Shown here one piece after another: positions 12,496 through 26,155 of a stretch of 64,000 nt of DNA (positions are counted from its first letter, which is position 1; each line of letters begins with the position of its first letter). The position numbers and the translations under genes were made by a program. The notes beneath the pieces were generated by a model. The model saw nothing but the letters and a program-made list of their open reading frames with translations, did no database searches and was not told the origin of the DNA. Location of the stretch: NCBI RefSeq assembly GCF_035084215.1, contig NW_027139729.1:1488001-1552000 (forward strand). Reading direction: 5' to 3'. Source of the stretch: Heptranchias perlo (lineage: Eukaryota).

Positions 12496-13094
12496 AAGAG
12501 ATCCAAGAGCCATGGAAATCCGGCTGAAATATAATGAATCTTTGCCAATTCCCATTAGTAGTTGATTATATTGACGCCGAATGCTTCGCTGAAATAGCTG
12601 AGACGGGAATTCCATGCAGAATCACTTAAGTTTTGCAAGTCAATTGTCCCTGGCGTGATTTTAAGTCTGGAAGACGCAAAGTGGTCTGAATTTAGAAAGC
12701 ACAAGATATTATGAGAAAGTGGCTGATTTATTTTTGCTGGGACAGGGAGGGATTTGAGGGTGTTCGCCGTCGCACTGAACTCGGTGAACAGTCCAGCACA
12801 GCTCACATTTCCTTGCAAGTCAATTTCTTAAATGTCATCATGGAGGCAACAGAGCACTTTAAAAAAAAAATCTATGCTCAATTTAGAAAGCTACGCAGGT
12901 GGTTCAATGAGCAGGACTGAACACTCTTGTGACCTGGTCTGAGTTTTTCCATCCCTTGAGAAGCCCGAACCCCCGTGGGACTATACACCAGGACTGGAGC
13001 ACCACAGCGCTACCACTGGCGGGAGGGTGCGTTTCCCATTGTAAAAGTTTACATGGAATTTTTAATCGAAAAAGTTATTTGTCGGAACATGGGA

Positions 13095-13640
13095 ACAACC
13101 CCTCGAGCCCGTTACGCCATTTAACTAGATCCTGGCTGATCTGTATCTCAACTCCATCTACCCGCCTTGTTTCCATAACCCTGAATACCATTGTCTCACA
13201 AAAATCCATCAATCTCAGTTTTGAAATTTTCTATTGATCCCCAGCCTCAACAGATTTTTGGGGGAGAGATTTCCAGATTTCTACTGCAGTTGGCGGAAGA
13301 ATTGCTTCCTTACATCACCCTTGAATAGCCTAGCTCTAATTTTAACGTCATGCCCCCTTGTTCTGGACTCCCCCACCAGAGAAAATATTTTCTCTCTCTC
13401 CACCGATCAAACCCTTTAATCACCTTAAACACCTTAATTAGATCACCCCTTAATCTTCTCCACTCGTGGGAATACAAGCCTCGTCTGTGCAACCTGTCCT
13501 CAGAATGTAACCACTTATGTCCCGGTATCATTCTGGTGACTCTCTGCTGCATCCCCTCCAAGGTCAATATATCCCTCCTGAGAAGCGGTGCCCAGTACAA
13601 TAAATAGGGTCTAACCAGAGCTTTGCATAGCTGCAACATG
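13095..13640 (-). mobile_element. CR1 LINE 3' fragment
   Basis: Minus-strand ORF contains KALVRPYL...RVTRMIPG...RRLRGDLIKVFK. Confidence 0.85.
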
Positions 13641-13727
13641 CACAGGAAGTGTGTGCAGATGTACGATTGTAAAAGTTGATCGTTACATGTCTTACTGCGT
13701 TCAGCATCGATATTTTCTCCCTGACAG

Positions 13728-14033
13728 ATCGTCCCCCCAAGCCAACAATCTACATATACCGACAGGTCAAGGTGTTCGTGAAAGGAGAGCGTATGAAGCT
13801 GGTGTGTGTAGCTCGGACTCCCACTCGAGGCCACTACTTTTACTTGTACCGAGGCACTGAGGAGGAATCGGCCCAGTTTCAGAGGGCCGAGTCTTGGAGC
13901 TTGTTTGTCATCTTCGAGGTCCAGGACATTGTGGAGGTCGGGACGCAAGAGTACACGTGTTCCTATTGGAGGCGGGTGTCGGGGCGGGAGATATTCGCAG
14001 AGCGCAGTGACCCTGTGGCCGTGACTGTAATCG
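13728..14033 (+). CDS. Ig-superfamily gene, Ig domain D2 exon
   Basis: ctgacag| acceptor, G|gtacaa donor, 306 nt, phase 1-1; DRPPKPTI...GERMKLVC...FYLYR...YTCSY...RSDPVAVTV. Confidence 0.9.
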
Positions 14034-14194
14034 GTACAACGATCTTTTTTTACACTTATTTATCGACCCACTTGTGAAATGTGGACGGCAGAGAAGCAAT
14101 ATTATGCCTCCCGCTACTCGGGAGGTGGTTGGAGAGGGTGAAAAGCTTCTCCCTAATCTCCCTTCCCAATCCAAGCTTCATTATCCCGACAACA

Positions 14195-14782
14195 TGAGGA
14201 AGTTATGCTTAAACCTTTATCAATCACTGGTTAGGCCTCAGCTGGAGTATTGTATCCGATTCTGAGCACAGTGCTTTAGGAAGGATGTCAAGGCCTTATA
14301 GAGGGTGCAGGGGAGATTTACCAGAATGGTACCAGGGATGAGGGACTTCAGTTATATGGAGAGACTGGAGAAGCTGGGATTGTTCTCCTTGGAGCAGAGA
14401 CGGTTTAGGGGAGATTTAATAGAGGGGTTGAAAATGAGGAGGGGTTTTGATGGAGTCGATGGGGAGAAACTGTTTCCACTGGGGGGAGGGTCGGTCACCA
14501 GGGGACACAGATTGAAGGGAATTGGGAGAAGAGCCAGAGCGAGATGAGGGGGATGTATGTTAAGATTTTTTATGATCTGGAATGCACTGCCTGAAAGGGC
14601 GGTGGAAGGAGATTCAATAGTTACATTCGAACGGGAATTAGATACATACCTGAAAAGGAAAGCACTGTAAGGCAATGGGGAAAGAGCAGGGGAGTGGGAC
14701 TAATCGGATCACTCTTTCAAAGAGCAGGCACAGGCATGATGGGCCGAATGGGCTCCTTCCGTGCTGTTGGATTCTATGATTC
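14195..14782 (+). mobile_element. CR1 LINE 3' fragment
   Basis: LYQSLVRPQLEYC and FTRMVPGMRDFSY motifs; ttctatga tail. Confidence 0.85.
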
Positions 14783-15060
14783 CATAACGTCCAGGATTGA
14801 TTGTCTTTCACTCATTCTGAATCACTGTGGGCAGTTTTTTTTATTGCCATCCTCACGCACAGGAATGTGCAGCTTTACGGCAGGACAGTGCTCTTAATGT
14901 GATCTAACCAAATTTCAATATAAGTTTAACATAATCTTTCAGCTTTTGAACTCTGTTCCTTTAGAATTGAACCCCAGTACTTTGTTTGCATTTCTTACAG
15001 CCTTGTTAACCTGCGTCAATACTTTTAATAATACAACTAGCTCTTTTATTTTTTATTCAG

Positions 15061-15366
15061 AGCGTCCCACCAAACCGAGGATTGCCCCTGAGGGGAAATA
15101 CCGTGTCTTCGTCGATGGGGAGCTTGTGAGAGTTACGTGCACGGCTCCCTCCCCCGTTGGAAACGCCACCTTTCACTTGTACCAAGGCGGAGAGAAGAAA
15201 CCGGTCGCCTCCGAGACGAGCCAATCGGCCAATAGTTCCGCCACGTTTGACATCACCAACATACTGGGCGTCGCCATCAAACATTACGCATGTGGCTACG
15301 TCACATCCGTGTCTGAGAGACTGATCGAGTCGGAGCGCAGCGACTCAGTGAAGATAGTCGTGGAGA
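15061..15366 (+). CDS. Ig-superfamily gene, Ig domain D3 exon
   Basis: ttttattcag| acceptor, A|gtaagt donor, 306 nt; ERPTKPRI...GELVRVTC...FHLYQ...YACGY...SERSDSVKIVV. Confidence 0.9.
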
Positions 15367-15539
15367 GTAAGTCACTGTTGTTTCCTTAACACAACGGGAG
15401 AGGGGTTAGCACTTAGTTTATGGGCCTTATTTTCTGTGGTAAATAGGAGGCTTCAGAATGACCTTGATCGTAATCCGTGACTCAGTGAGTCGTAAGGTTC
15501 AGGTTTCAAGTCCAGTGCAGAAAATTGAGCACATAAACC

Positions 15540-16188
15540 AGCCCTACAATTATCATCCCCGTGTTCAAATCCCTCCGCAGCCCACGCCCCTCCCTATCGC
15601 TGTAACTTCCTCCAGCCCTGTAATTCTCATCCTCGTATTCAAATCCATCCATGACATCCTATCTCTGTAATCTCCTCCAGCCATATAATTATCATCTTTG
15701 TGTTCTAGCCCTCGCCCCCACCCTATATCTGTGACATCTTCCAACCCTACAATTCTCATCCTCTTGTTCAGAGCACTCGCCCCCACTCTATCTCTGTAAC
15801 GTTCTCCAACCCTAGAATTCTCATCCTTCCGTTCAAATCCCTCCATGGCCCCGCCCCCTCCCTTTCTCTCTAACCTCCTCCAGCGCTACAACTTTCCCGA
15901 GAACTCTGATTTCCTCCAATTCTGGCTTCTTGCCCATCCACCACTCCCTTCGCTCCACCATTGGGACGTGTCTTCAGCTGCCTTGACCATAAGCTCGGGA
16001 ATTCCCTCCCTAAACCTCTCCAGCTCTCTCTCGTTTAAAACGCCCTCGAAACCATACCTTTTTGACCAAGCTTTTGGTCATTTGTCTTAATATCACCTTG
16101 TGTGGCTCAGTGTCAATTTTTGTTTATCAATCCTTGGGACGCTTTACTACGTTAAAGGCACTATATAAATACAAGTTGTTGCTATTGT
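15540..16188 (+). mobile_element. L2-type LINE 3' end with tandem 74-bp units
   Basis: Ends in aaggcactatataaatacaagttgttg tail. Confidence 0.7.
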
Positions 16189-16304
16189 TGACATTGCGGT
16201 ACCGAGGGAATGTTGCACTGTCGGAGGTGCCGTATGATTCGACCAATGTTTGAAAGTGCCTTTTCTTCGCCTCCACTTACCCCCCCACTCCCCATCCATT
16301 GCAG

Positions 16305-16610
16305 TCCGCTTGGTGAGACCGTATCTCTATTTCCAAGGAGTGACCAGGACGTTGGAGGTGGGAGAATCGGCCAGGCTTGTGTGCCAGGGAGCTTTTGAAG
16401 ATCGTGACAGCACCTTCTACTTGTACAAGGACAGCCAGGAGGAGGCGCTGTTGTCCAAGTCCCCCAGAGACATGACGTTTCACGTCGCCTTCGACATCAG
16501 GGACACCTTGATCAACGGGACCGAGTATTACTCGTGCGCCTATCGGAGACGGCTGACCCAGCGGACAGTGCTGTCGGGCCGCAGTAACTCCTTGGCGATA
16601 ACCGCGCACA
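16305..16610 (+). CDS. Ig-superfamily gene, Ig domain D4 exon
   Basis: C-rich tract then gcag| acceptor, A|gtaagc donor, 306 nt; RLVRPYL...GESARLVC...FYLYKD...YYSCAY...GRSNSLAIT. Confidence 0.9.
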
Positions 16611-16779
16611 GTAAGCTTTTCGGTTTTTGAATCATTGTGCTGATTGGCAGCCAGATCATTACCAATCATTGGAACATAGCAACCATTAGGCGCTAAAAGA
16701 CCAAGGTCCATCGAGCACGCCTTCCAATCCCATGATACTACGATAATGTAGAGAGCCATTGACTAAAGGTAGCAACCGA

Positions 16780-17565
16780 TCATAGAATCTTACAGCAAAG
16801 AAGGAGACCGTTCGGTCCATCGTGCCTATGCTGGCTCTTTGAAAGAGCTATCCAATTAGAATCATGGAATCTTACAGCACAGAAAGAGGCCATTCAGTCC
16901 ATTGTGCCTTTGCCGACTCTATGAAAAAGCTATCCAATTAGTCCCACTCCCCCTTCCCCTTTCCCCAGGGCCCTGCAATTTTGTCCCCCTTCAAGTAATT
17001 ATCCAATTTCCTATGGAAAGTTATTATTGAATCAGCTTCCACCACATTTCAGGCAGTGAATTCCAGATTATAATAACTTGCTGCATGAAAAAAAAATCCT
17101 CAATTCCAGTTGTTTTGCCAATTATCTTAAAGCTTCGTCATCTGGTTACGGGTCCTCCTGCCAGTGGAAACAATTTCTCTTTATTTAGTGGAACAAAATC
17201 CCTCATAATTTTGAACACATCTATTAAATCTCCCCTTAACCTTCTCTGATCCAAAGAAAACAACCCCAGCTTCTCGAGTCTCTCCACGTAACTGAAATTA
17301 CTCATCACTGGTACTATTCTGGAAAATCTCCTCTGCACCCTCTCCAAGGGCTTGACATCCTTCCTAAAGTGGGGGCACAATACTCCTGCTGAGGATGAAC
17401 CGGAGTTTTAAAGAAGTTTAACTATCACTTCCTTACTTTTGTGCTCTAAGTCTCTATTTCCAAAACCCAGCATCCCGTATGGCTTTCTTTGACAGCTTCA
17501 TCATTCCAGCCACCTTCAAGATTTACACACATGAACACTCAGGTCTCTCTGTTCCTGCACACCCT
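16780..17565 (-). mobile_element. CR1 LINE 3' fragment
   Basis: ORF 17138..17380 has PHFRKDVKPLERVQRRF...RRLRGDLIDVFK. Confidence 0.85.
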
Positions 17566-17569
17566 CACT

Positions 17570-20207
17570 CAGACAGTGGGGAGAAAGGATCTTAGCACTG
17601 AAAATCAGGATGTTGAATCAGTATGGGTGGAACTCAGAAATAACAAGGGTCAGAAAACACTGATGGGAGTAGTTTACAGGCACCCTAACAGTAGTTATCA
17701 GGAAATTAGAGGAGCATTTAACAAGGGTAATGCAATAATCACGGGCGACTTTAATCTTCATATAGACTGGGCAATCCAACCTGGCAAAAATAGTTTGGAT
17801 GACGAATTCTTGGAATAAATTCGAGACAGTTTTCTAGAACAATATTTCGAGGAGCCAACTAGTGAACAGGATATTTTAGATCGAGTATTGTGCAATGAGA
17901 CAGGATTAATTAGTAATCTTATAATAAAGGATCCTCTAGGGAAGAGTGATCATAATATGATAGAATTTCATGTTGAGTTTGAGAGTGATGTAGTTAAGTC
18001 CGAAACTAGGGCCTTAAATTTCAACAAGGCCAATTATGTCGGTATGAGGGGTGAGTTGGTTAAGGTAGATTAGGAAATTAGATTAAAAGATATGGTCGAT
18101 AAGCAGTGGTGAACATTTAAATAAATAATTCATAATTCCCAGCGAATATCTATACTCGTGAGGAATAAAGAACTCCACAGGGAAAGTGATCCAACTAGAG
18201 AAGTTAAGGATAGTATTAGTTTAAAAGAGGCTTGCAATGTTGTTAAAATGTAGTAAGCCTGAGGATTGGGAGGATTTTAGAATCCAGCAAAGGGTGACCA
18301 AGAAATTGATAAAGTGGGAGGACATTGAATATGAGAGTAAACTAGCAAGAATATAAAAACCGATTGTAAGAGCTTCTACTAGTATATAAAAAGGAAGAGA
18401 TTAGTGAAAGTAAACGTGGGTCCCTTGGAGGCAGATACAGGAGAAATTATAATGGGGAATAAGGAAATAGAAGAGCAGTTAAATAAATATTTTATATCTA
18501 TCTTCACAGTGAAAGACACAATAAAACATAGGGAAATAGTGGGGAAACAAGTTTCTAATGAGAGGGAGGAACTTGAAGGAATTAATTTTAGTAAAGAAAA
18601 AGTTTTTGATAACATTAATGGGACTAAAAGCCAATCAATACTTTAGCCCTAATGGCCTACAGCTTAAGGTTTAAAAAGAGCTGGCTGCAGAGATATTCGA
18701 TGCATGGGTTGTGATCTTCCAAAATCCCCTAGATTCCAGAACGTCCCAGTGGATTGGAAAGTAGCAAATGTAATCCCGCTATTCAAGAAAGGAGGGAGAG
18801 AGAAAACAGGGAACTATAGGCTAGTTAGCCTGACATCAGTGGTAGGAAAAATGAAAAAAATCTATTACTAAGAATCGAGTAACAGGACACTTAGAAAGTA
18901 ATCTTGTGATTAGGAAAAGTCAACGCGGTTTTATGAAAGTGAAATCGTGTTTGAAAAATCTATTAGATTGTTTTGAGGGTGTAAATCGAAAGGGTAGGTA
19001 AGGGGAACCAGTGGATGTCATATATTTGGATTTTCAAAAGGCATTCGAAAAGGTGCCAAATAAAAGGTTGTTACACAAGATTAGGGCTCATGGGATTGGG
19101 TGTAACATATCTGCATGGATTGAGGATTGGTTAACGGACAGAAAGCAGAGAGTAGGAATAAACGTGTCATTTTTGGGTTGGCAGGTTGTAACTAGTGGGC
19201 TGCCCGAAGGATCAGTGCTTGGACCTCAGCTATTTACAATCTATATTAATGACTTAGATGAAGGGACCGAGTTTAATGTATCCAAGTTTGCTGATGATAC
19301 AAAGGCAGGTGGGAAAGTAAGCTGTAAGGAGGATGCAAATTGTCTGTAAAGGGATATAGACAGGTTGAGTGGACAAGAAGGTGGCAGCTGGAGTATAATG
19401 TGGGGAAATGTGAGCTTATTCACTTTGGTAGGAAAAATAGAAAAACGTAACATCTTTTAAATGGTGAAAAACTATTAAATGTTGGTGTTCAGAGGGATTT
19501 GGGTGTCCTTATACACGAAAAACAGGATGTTCACATACAGGTAGAGCAAGCAATTAGGAAGACAAATGGATGTTGGCTTTTATTGCAAGGAGATTGGAGT
19601 ACAAGAGTAAGGAAGTCTTGCTGTAATTGTTCAGGGCTTTATTAAGACGACACGAGGAGTACTATGTGCAGTTTTGGTCTCCTTACCTAAGGAGGGATAC
19701 ACATGCCTTAGGGGAAGTGCAGCAAAGGTTCACTAGATTGATCCCTGGAATGAGAGGGCTGCCCTATGAGGAAAGATTGAGTAGAATGGGCAGATACTGT
19801 GTGGAGTTTAGAAGAATGAGAGGTGATCTCGTTGAAACCTATAAGATTCCAAGAAGGCTGGACAGGGCAAATGCTGAGAGGATGTTCCCCCTGGCCGGAG
19901 AATCTAGAACTAGGGGACATAGTCTCAGGTTAAGTGGTCGGATATTTAAGACTGAGATGAGGAGGAATTTCTTCACTCAGAGGGTTGTGAATATTTAGAA
20001 TTCTCTCGCCCAGAGGGCTGTGGATACTGAGCCGTTGATTATAGTCAAGCCTGAGATGGATGGATTTTTGATTCTAAGGGAATCAAGGGATATGGTGATC
20101 GGGCGGGAAAGTGGAGTTGAGGTCACAGATCAGGCATGATCTGATTGAATTGCGGAGCAGGCTCGAGGGGCCGTATGGCCTACTCCTGCTCCTAATTCTT
20201 ATGTTCT
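17570..20207 (+). mobile_element. Decayed about 2.6-kb CR1 LINE ORF2 (endonuclease + RT) with 3' tail
   Basis: ESVWVEL, GDFN, SDHN (endonuclease); YLDFQKAF, GSVLGP, FADD (RT); many frameshifts and stops. Confidence 0.93.
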
Positions 20208-20233
20208 GATTTATTTATTTTTATTTACCACAG

Positions 20234-20518
20234 ATCCGCTCACAAAACCAGAGCTGATCCTTAATGTACAGACGGGCAAGTATTGGAAAGGACAAGTCAT
20301 GACCATGACGTGTGAGGGAGACGTGCGGGAGCCGGACGGTTACTTTTATTTTTACAGAGATGGGCAACCTGCATACGTTGGGGAGCCCCACAGCTTTCAA
20401 ACCGTCAGTATTCTGGGTCCAAACAGGGTGGGAATCTACCAGTGTAAGTACGCAATGGACGCCCCTGGAAAATGGTTCGAATCCCCATTCAGTGATGGCG
20501 TGAGAGTGACTGAGATAG
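20234..20518 (+). CDS. Ig-superfamily gene, Ig domain D5 exon
   Basis: ccacag| acceptor, G|gtaagt donor, 285 nt; PLTKPEL...GQVMTMTC...FYFYRDG...GIYQCKY...SPFSDGVRVT. Confidence 0.9.
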
Positions 20519-20699
20519 GTAAGTGATCACGGGAGAATCAATCCCCAACCTGTTAAACTGTGGGGAATAAATCTATGGATTGTTTATAAAAATTCATCAA
20601 CCTTGTCCTGCCGTTGTTCCAATTTTTGATCACCCTACTCTGTCAACAAATACCACAGTAAATTGCTGTGTCAACATTTTTGGTCACGCTTTTTACAAA

Positions 20700-22312
20700 G
20701 GATTGCACAGAATTTAAAGCACAGAAACAGGCTATTCGGCCCAACTGGTCCATGCCCGTATTCATGCTCTTCACGAGCCTTCTCCTGCCCCTCTTAATCT
20801 AACCCTATCAGCATAACTTTTTATCCCTTTCTCCATCATGTACCTAGTATCATAGAAAGGTTACAGCATGGAAGGAGGCAATTCGGCCCATCGAGTCCGT
20901 GCCGGCTCTATGCAAGAGCAATCCAGCTGGTTTCACTCCCCCGCCCTTTCCCCGTAGCCCTGCTTTTTTTTTTCTTTCAAGTACTTATCCATTTCCCTTT
21001 TGAAGGCCACGATTGAATCTGCCTCCACCGCCCCCTCGGGCAGTGCATTCCAGATCATGACCACACGCTGTGTTTAAAAAAATATCGTCGTGTCACCTTT
21101 TGCCAATCATCTTAAATCTATGTCCGCTGGTTCTTGACCCTTCCGCCAATGGGAACTGTTTCTCTCTATCTGTTCTGTCTAGAACCTTAATGATTTTAAA
21201 CACCTCGATCAAATCTCCTCTAAACCTCCTCAGTTCCAAGGAACAACCGTAGCTTCTCCAGTCTGTTCACGTAACTAAAGTCCCTCGTCCCTGCAATTAT
21301 TCCACTAAATCTTTTCTGCACCCTCTCTAAGCCCTTCACATCCTTCCTAAAGTGCGGTGCCCAGAACTGAACACAATATTCCAGTTGTGGTCGAACCAAT
21401 GTTTTATAAAATTTCATCATGACATCCTTGCTTTTGTACTCTCTGCCTCTATTTATAAAGCCCAGGATCCCGTATGCTTTTTTAACCGCTTTCTCAACCT
21501 GCCCTACCACTTTCAACTATTTGTGCACATATACCCTCAGATCTCTCTGTTCCTGTACCCCTTTTAAAGTTGTGCCCTTTGGTTTATGTTGCCTCTCCTC
21601 GTCCTTCGTACCGAAATATATCACGTCGCAATTTTCTGCGTTAAATTTCATCTGCCACGTGTCCGCCCATTTCACCAACCTGTCTATATCCTCTTGAAGT
21701 CTTTCACTATCCTCCTCACTATTCACTACACTTCCAAGTTTTGTTATCTCATCTAGCTTCCCTTAAACGCATCTATGCTATTTGCCTCAACTACTCCTTG
21801 TGGAAGCAAGTTCCACAATCTAAACACTCTCTGGGTAAAAAAGTTACTCCTGAATTCTTTACTGGATTTATCAATGACTATCGTATATTTATGACCTCCA
21901 GTTTCTAAGAGAAAAGCGCCCCAGCCTGTTCAACTTTTCCTGATAGGTAGAAACTCTCAGTTCTGGTATAATCCTTGTAACTCTTTGTTGCACCTTCTCC
22001 AGTGCCTCCATATGCTTTTTATCGTGTGGAGACCAGAACTGTGCACAATACTCCAAATGTTGGCTAACCAAGGTTTGATATAAGTTTAACAAAACGTTTC
22101 TGCTTTTCAATTCTATTCCTCGAGGAATGAACCCCAGTGCTTTGTTTGCATTTTTAATGGCCGTGTTCACTTGTGACACTACTATTAATGAATTGTGAAT
22201 CTGCACCCTTTGCTTCTATACCCCATTTCGACTCTTATTTCCCAAGGAGAATGTGGCCTCCTTATCCCTCCCACCAAAATGCACCACCTCACACTTATCT
22301 ATATTGAAATTC
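20700..22312 (-). mobile_element. Nested CR1 LINE 3' fragments
   Basis: ORFs 21220..21516, 21517..21726 and 21889..22206 carry CR1 RT C-terminal motifs. Confidence 0.85.
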
Positions 22313-22603
22313 TGTCAACATTTACCATTTTAAATTGCTATGTCAACATTTCTGGTCACGCTTTTCTGACAACATTTACCACTGTAAATTGCTATGTCAA
22401 CATTTTTAGTCACTTTTTCTGTCAAAAGTACTTCATTGGCCGTAAATGCTTTGGGACGTCCTGAGGTCGTGAAAGACGCAATATAAATGAGAGTCCATTC
22501 CTTCTTAAAGAGACCTCCAGAATGTAACAGTGACACTAATATTTTGGAATTGTGACATGTCTATCCTTACGTTGCCCCTGTTTTCTTTTGCTCCTCGGTC
22601 AAG

Positions 22604-22909
22604 GTGATCTTCCAAGACCGACGATCACTTTGGAAGGAGGTCACAAGATGTTTGAGGTGGGACAGTCGGTCACCGTGACCTGCGAAGCTCCCTCTGGAGA
22701 AGCAGGTCGCAAGTTTTATTTGTACCAAAGCACCGGAATGAGGCCGGTGATGTCTGAGAAGGCAAAACCCTGGAGTCTGTCCGTCACGTTTGACATCAAG
22801 GACGTAATGAGACGCGGCGACGATTACTACACGTGTGCTTATCGGAGACGAGAGGCAGAAGAGGAGAAATTCTCTCAGCGTAGCGATCCGCTGAAAGTAT
22901 CAACTCTGT
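22604..22909 (+). CDS. Ig-superfamily gene, Ig domain D6 exon
   Basis: Pyrimidine tract then caag| acceptor, T|gtaagg donor, 306 nt; DLPRPTITL...GQSVTVTC...FYLYQ...YYTCAY...RSDPLKVS. Confidence 0.9.
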
Positions 22910-22959
22910 GTAAGGTTTCTTTTTTATTTACCGAAATTTATAGGTTGGATATTTCTTAA

Positions 22960-23425
22960 ATCATTCTCGGGATGTGAACGTCGCTGGCAAGGCCAGCAAT
23001 TATTGCCCATCCCTAGTTGCCCCAAGAGAGCTTGGCGGTCGGCTTTCTTCCAGAACCGCTGCAGTTCCCCTCCAAGTCACACACCATCCCGACTTGGAAA
23101 TATATCGCCATTCCTTCATTGTCGCTGGGTCAAAATCCTGGAACTCCCTTCCTAACAGCACTGTGGGAGAACCGTCACCACACGGACTGCAGCGGTTCAA
23201 GAAGGCGGCTCACCACCACCTTCTCGAGGGCAGTTAGGGATGGGCAATAAATGCCGGCCTCGCCAGCGACGCCCACATCCCGTGAACGAATAAAAAAAAA
23301 AGTCCTGTGTGTTGAAGGTACTCCCACAATGCTGTTAGGTCCAGGATTTTCACCCAGCGACGATGAAGGAACGGCGAACATACGTCCAAGTCGGGATGGT
23401 GTGTGACTTGGAGGGGTACTTGGGA
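22960..23425. mobile_element. Rearranged 3' fragments of the LINE family seen at 29030-30330
   Basis: 23067-23290 nearly identical to 30097-30315; flanking pieces are inverted copies. Confidence 0.8.
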
Positions 23426-23429
23426 GCGA

Positions 23430-24005
23430 TGCTGTTGGAGGGGTCAGTGTGGAGGGAGCTTAACCTGTATCGAACCCATGCTGTACGTGCCCTGGCTGTG
23501 TTTGATGGGACAGTGTAGAGAGAGTTTTATTCTGTATCTAACCCGTGCTGTACCTGCCCTGGGAGTGTTTGATGGGACAGTGTCGACAGAGTTTTACTCT
23601 GTATCTAACCCATGCTGTACCTGCCCTGGCTGTGTTTGATGGGACAGTGCAGAGCGAGCTTTACTCTGTATCTAACCCGTGCTGTACCTGCCCTCGGATT
23701 GTTTGATGGGACAGTGTAGAGGGAGCTTTACTCTGTATCTATCCCATGCTGTACCTGCCCTGGGAGTGTTTGATGTAACAGTGCAGAGGGAGCTTTACTC
23801 TGTAGCTAAATCATGCTGTACCTAACCTGGGAGCGTTTGATGGGACAAGGTAGAGGGAGCTTTACTCTGTATCTAACCCGTGCTGTACCTGCCCTGGGAG
23901 CGTTTGATGGGTCAGTGTAGAGGGAGCTTTAATCTGTATCGAACCCGTACTGTACCTGCCCTTGGAGTCTGGTGGGACAGTGTCGAGGGAGCTTTACTCT
24001 GTATA
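23430..24005. repeat. 67-bp tandem repeat
   Basis: (ctgtatctaacccgtgctgtacctgccctgggagtgtttgatgggacagtgtagagggagctttact)n, about 8-9 units. Confidence 0.95.
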
Positions 24006-24434
24006 TAATTTATGTAAAGGCCAAAACTTTACAATGCACTACTGCCTTTTTTAAAATATAGAATTGGGCAGATGTCCAAATCAGTGGTCGCTCTGATCAA
24101 TTCACTTTATTAATTAATTGATTGACGAGTTTGTTTCGTTCTGACTAACTGGGACCAGTATAGACTGCTGTGTAACATTGTCCTTTAATACGTGTTGTTC
24201 CTCATGCAGAACTGTGAGTCACGTTAACCCCAATCGAGGAACATTCATCCTGGGCCAAGGGATTAAGTCTCACGATTGTTTTCTCAAAACATCTGGATCT
24301 AATCTCACGTCGCACTTGGAGGAAACGAGAGACAGGCAGTTCCCAATGAGCTGATATATTTGCTTTAACTCATATTGTTTTAATGATGCCGAGAACTTCA
24401 GCATAATAATCACTCATGTATCCGCTTAAGGGCT

Positions 24435-26155
24435 AACGTAGGAACATAGGAACAGGAGTAGGCCATTCAGCCCCTCGAGCCTGTTTCGCCACACCTGCAC
24501 AGTTAATGTGCACAGGTTTAAATCTGGAATAGGAATGCAGCGACCTCCATTTTTTTCTCTCGGCCCTTCCTTCTCCATTTAACATACAGAGCCTCAAAGG
24601 AACATAGGAACAGGAGTAGGCCACTCGGCCCCTCGAACCTGTTCCGCCATTCAATAAGATCATAGCTGATCTGTATCCTACCTCCATTTACCCATTTTGG
24701 CTCAATGTCCGTTAATACCCTTGGCGAGCAAAAATCTAATAATTTCAAATTATTAATTGAGCTAGCATCTGCTGCTTTTTGTGGGAGAGAGTTCCACACG
24801 TCTACCACCCATTGCGTGAAGAAGTGTTTCCTGACTTCTCTCCTGAATGGCCTGGCTCTGATTTTAAGATGATGTCCCCTTGAGCTAGACTCCTCCACCA
24901 GCGAAAAAGGTTTCTCTCTAACTCTTTCAAAAGGCTTTGGATAAAGCACCATATAATAGACTTGTGAGTAAAATTAAAGCCCATGGGATTAAAGGGCCGG
25001 TGGCAGCGCGGATATTAAAATTGGCCAGGAGACAGAAAGCCGAGAGTAGTGGTGAACAGTTGTTTTTCAGAATGGGGGGAAGTATACAGTGGTATTCCAC
25101 AGGGGTCAGTATTAGGACCACTGCTATTTTTTGGTATATATTAATGAACTCGACTTGGTTTTACAGGGCATAGTTTCAAAGCTTGCAGATGAAAAGAAAC
25201 TCGAAAATTTAGTAAACAATGAGGAGGATAGAAACAGAGTTCAGAAGGACTTAGACAGACTGATAAAATGGGGCAGACACGTGGCAGAAGAAATTTAACG
25301 CAGAGAAATGTGAAGTGATACATAGGAAGAATGAGGAGAGGCAAACTAAATGGTACAATTTTAAAGGGAGTGCAGGAACAGAGAGACCTGGGGATGTATG
25401 TACACAAATCTTTGAAGATGGCAGGACTCGTTGAGAAGGCTGTTAGAAAAGCATATGGGATTCTGGGCTTTATTAGGTGAGGTATAGAGTACAAAAGCAA
25501 GGAAGTTATGCTAAACCTTTATAATCACTGGTCAGGCCTCAGCTGGTGTATTGTGTCCAATTCTGGGCACCACACTTTAGGAAGGATGTCTAGGCCTTAG
25601 CGAGTCTGCAGAAGAGATTTTCAAGAATGGGACCAGGGATGAGCGACTTCAGTTATGTGGAGATACTGGAGAAGCTGCGGTTGCTCTCCTTACGGAAGAG
25701 AAGGTTAAGGGCCGATTTGATAGATGTGTTCAAAATCATGAAGGGTTTTGATAGAGTAAACAAAGTGAACTGTTCCCAGTGGGAGAAGAGTCCGGAACGA
25801 GAGGACACAGATTTAAGGTGATCGGCAAAAGAACAGAGGGGAGATAAAGAAACATTGTTTTTATGCAGCGAGTTGTAATGATCTGGAATGCACTGCCTGA
25901 AAGGGTGGTAGAAGCAGATTCAATCGTAACTTTCAGAAGCGAATTGGATAAATATTTGAAGGGAAACACTTGCAGGGCTACGGAGAAAGAGCAGGGGAGT
26001 GGGACGAATCGGATCGCTCTTTCAAAGAGCCGGCCCAGCCACGATGGGCCGAATGGCCTCCTCCTGTGCTGTACCTGCTATAATATCCTTTCTAAGGTGC
26101 GATGTCCAGAACTGTGCACAGTACTTGAGATGTGATCGGACTAGGGCTTTGTAGC
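24435..26155. mobile_element. CR1 LINE fragments (minus 24435-24925, plus 24930-26075)
   Basis: KHFFTQWVVDVWNSLP on minus; KIKAHGI, RRLRADLIDVFK and QRVVMIWNALP on plus. Confidence 0.85.
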
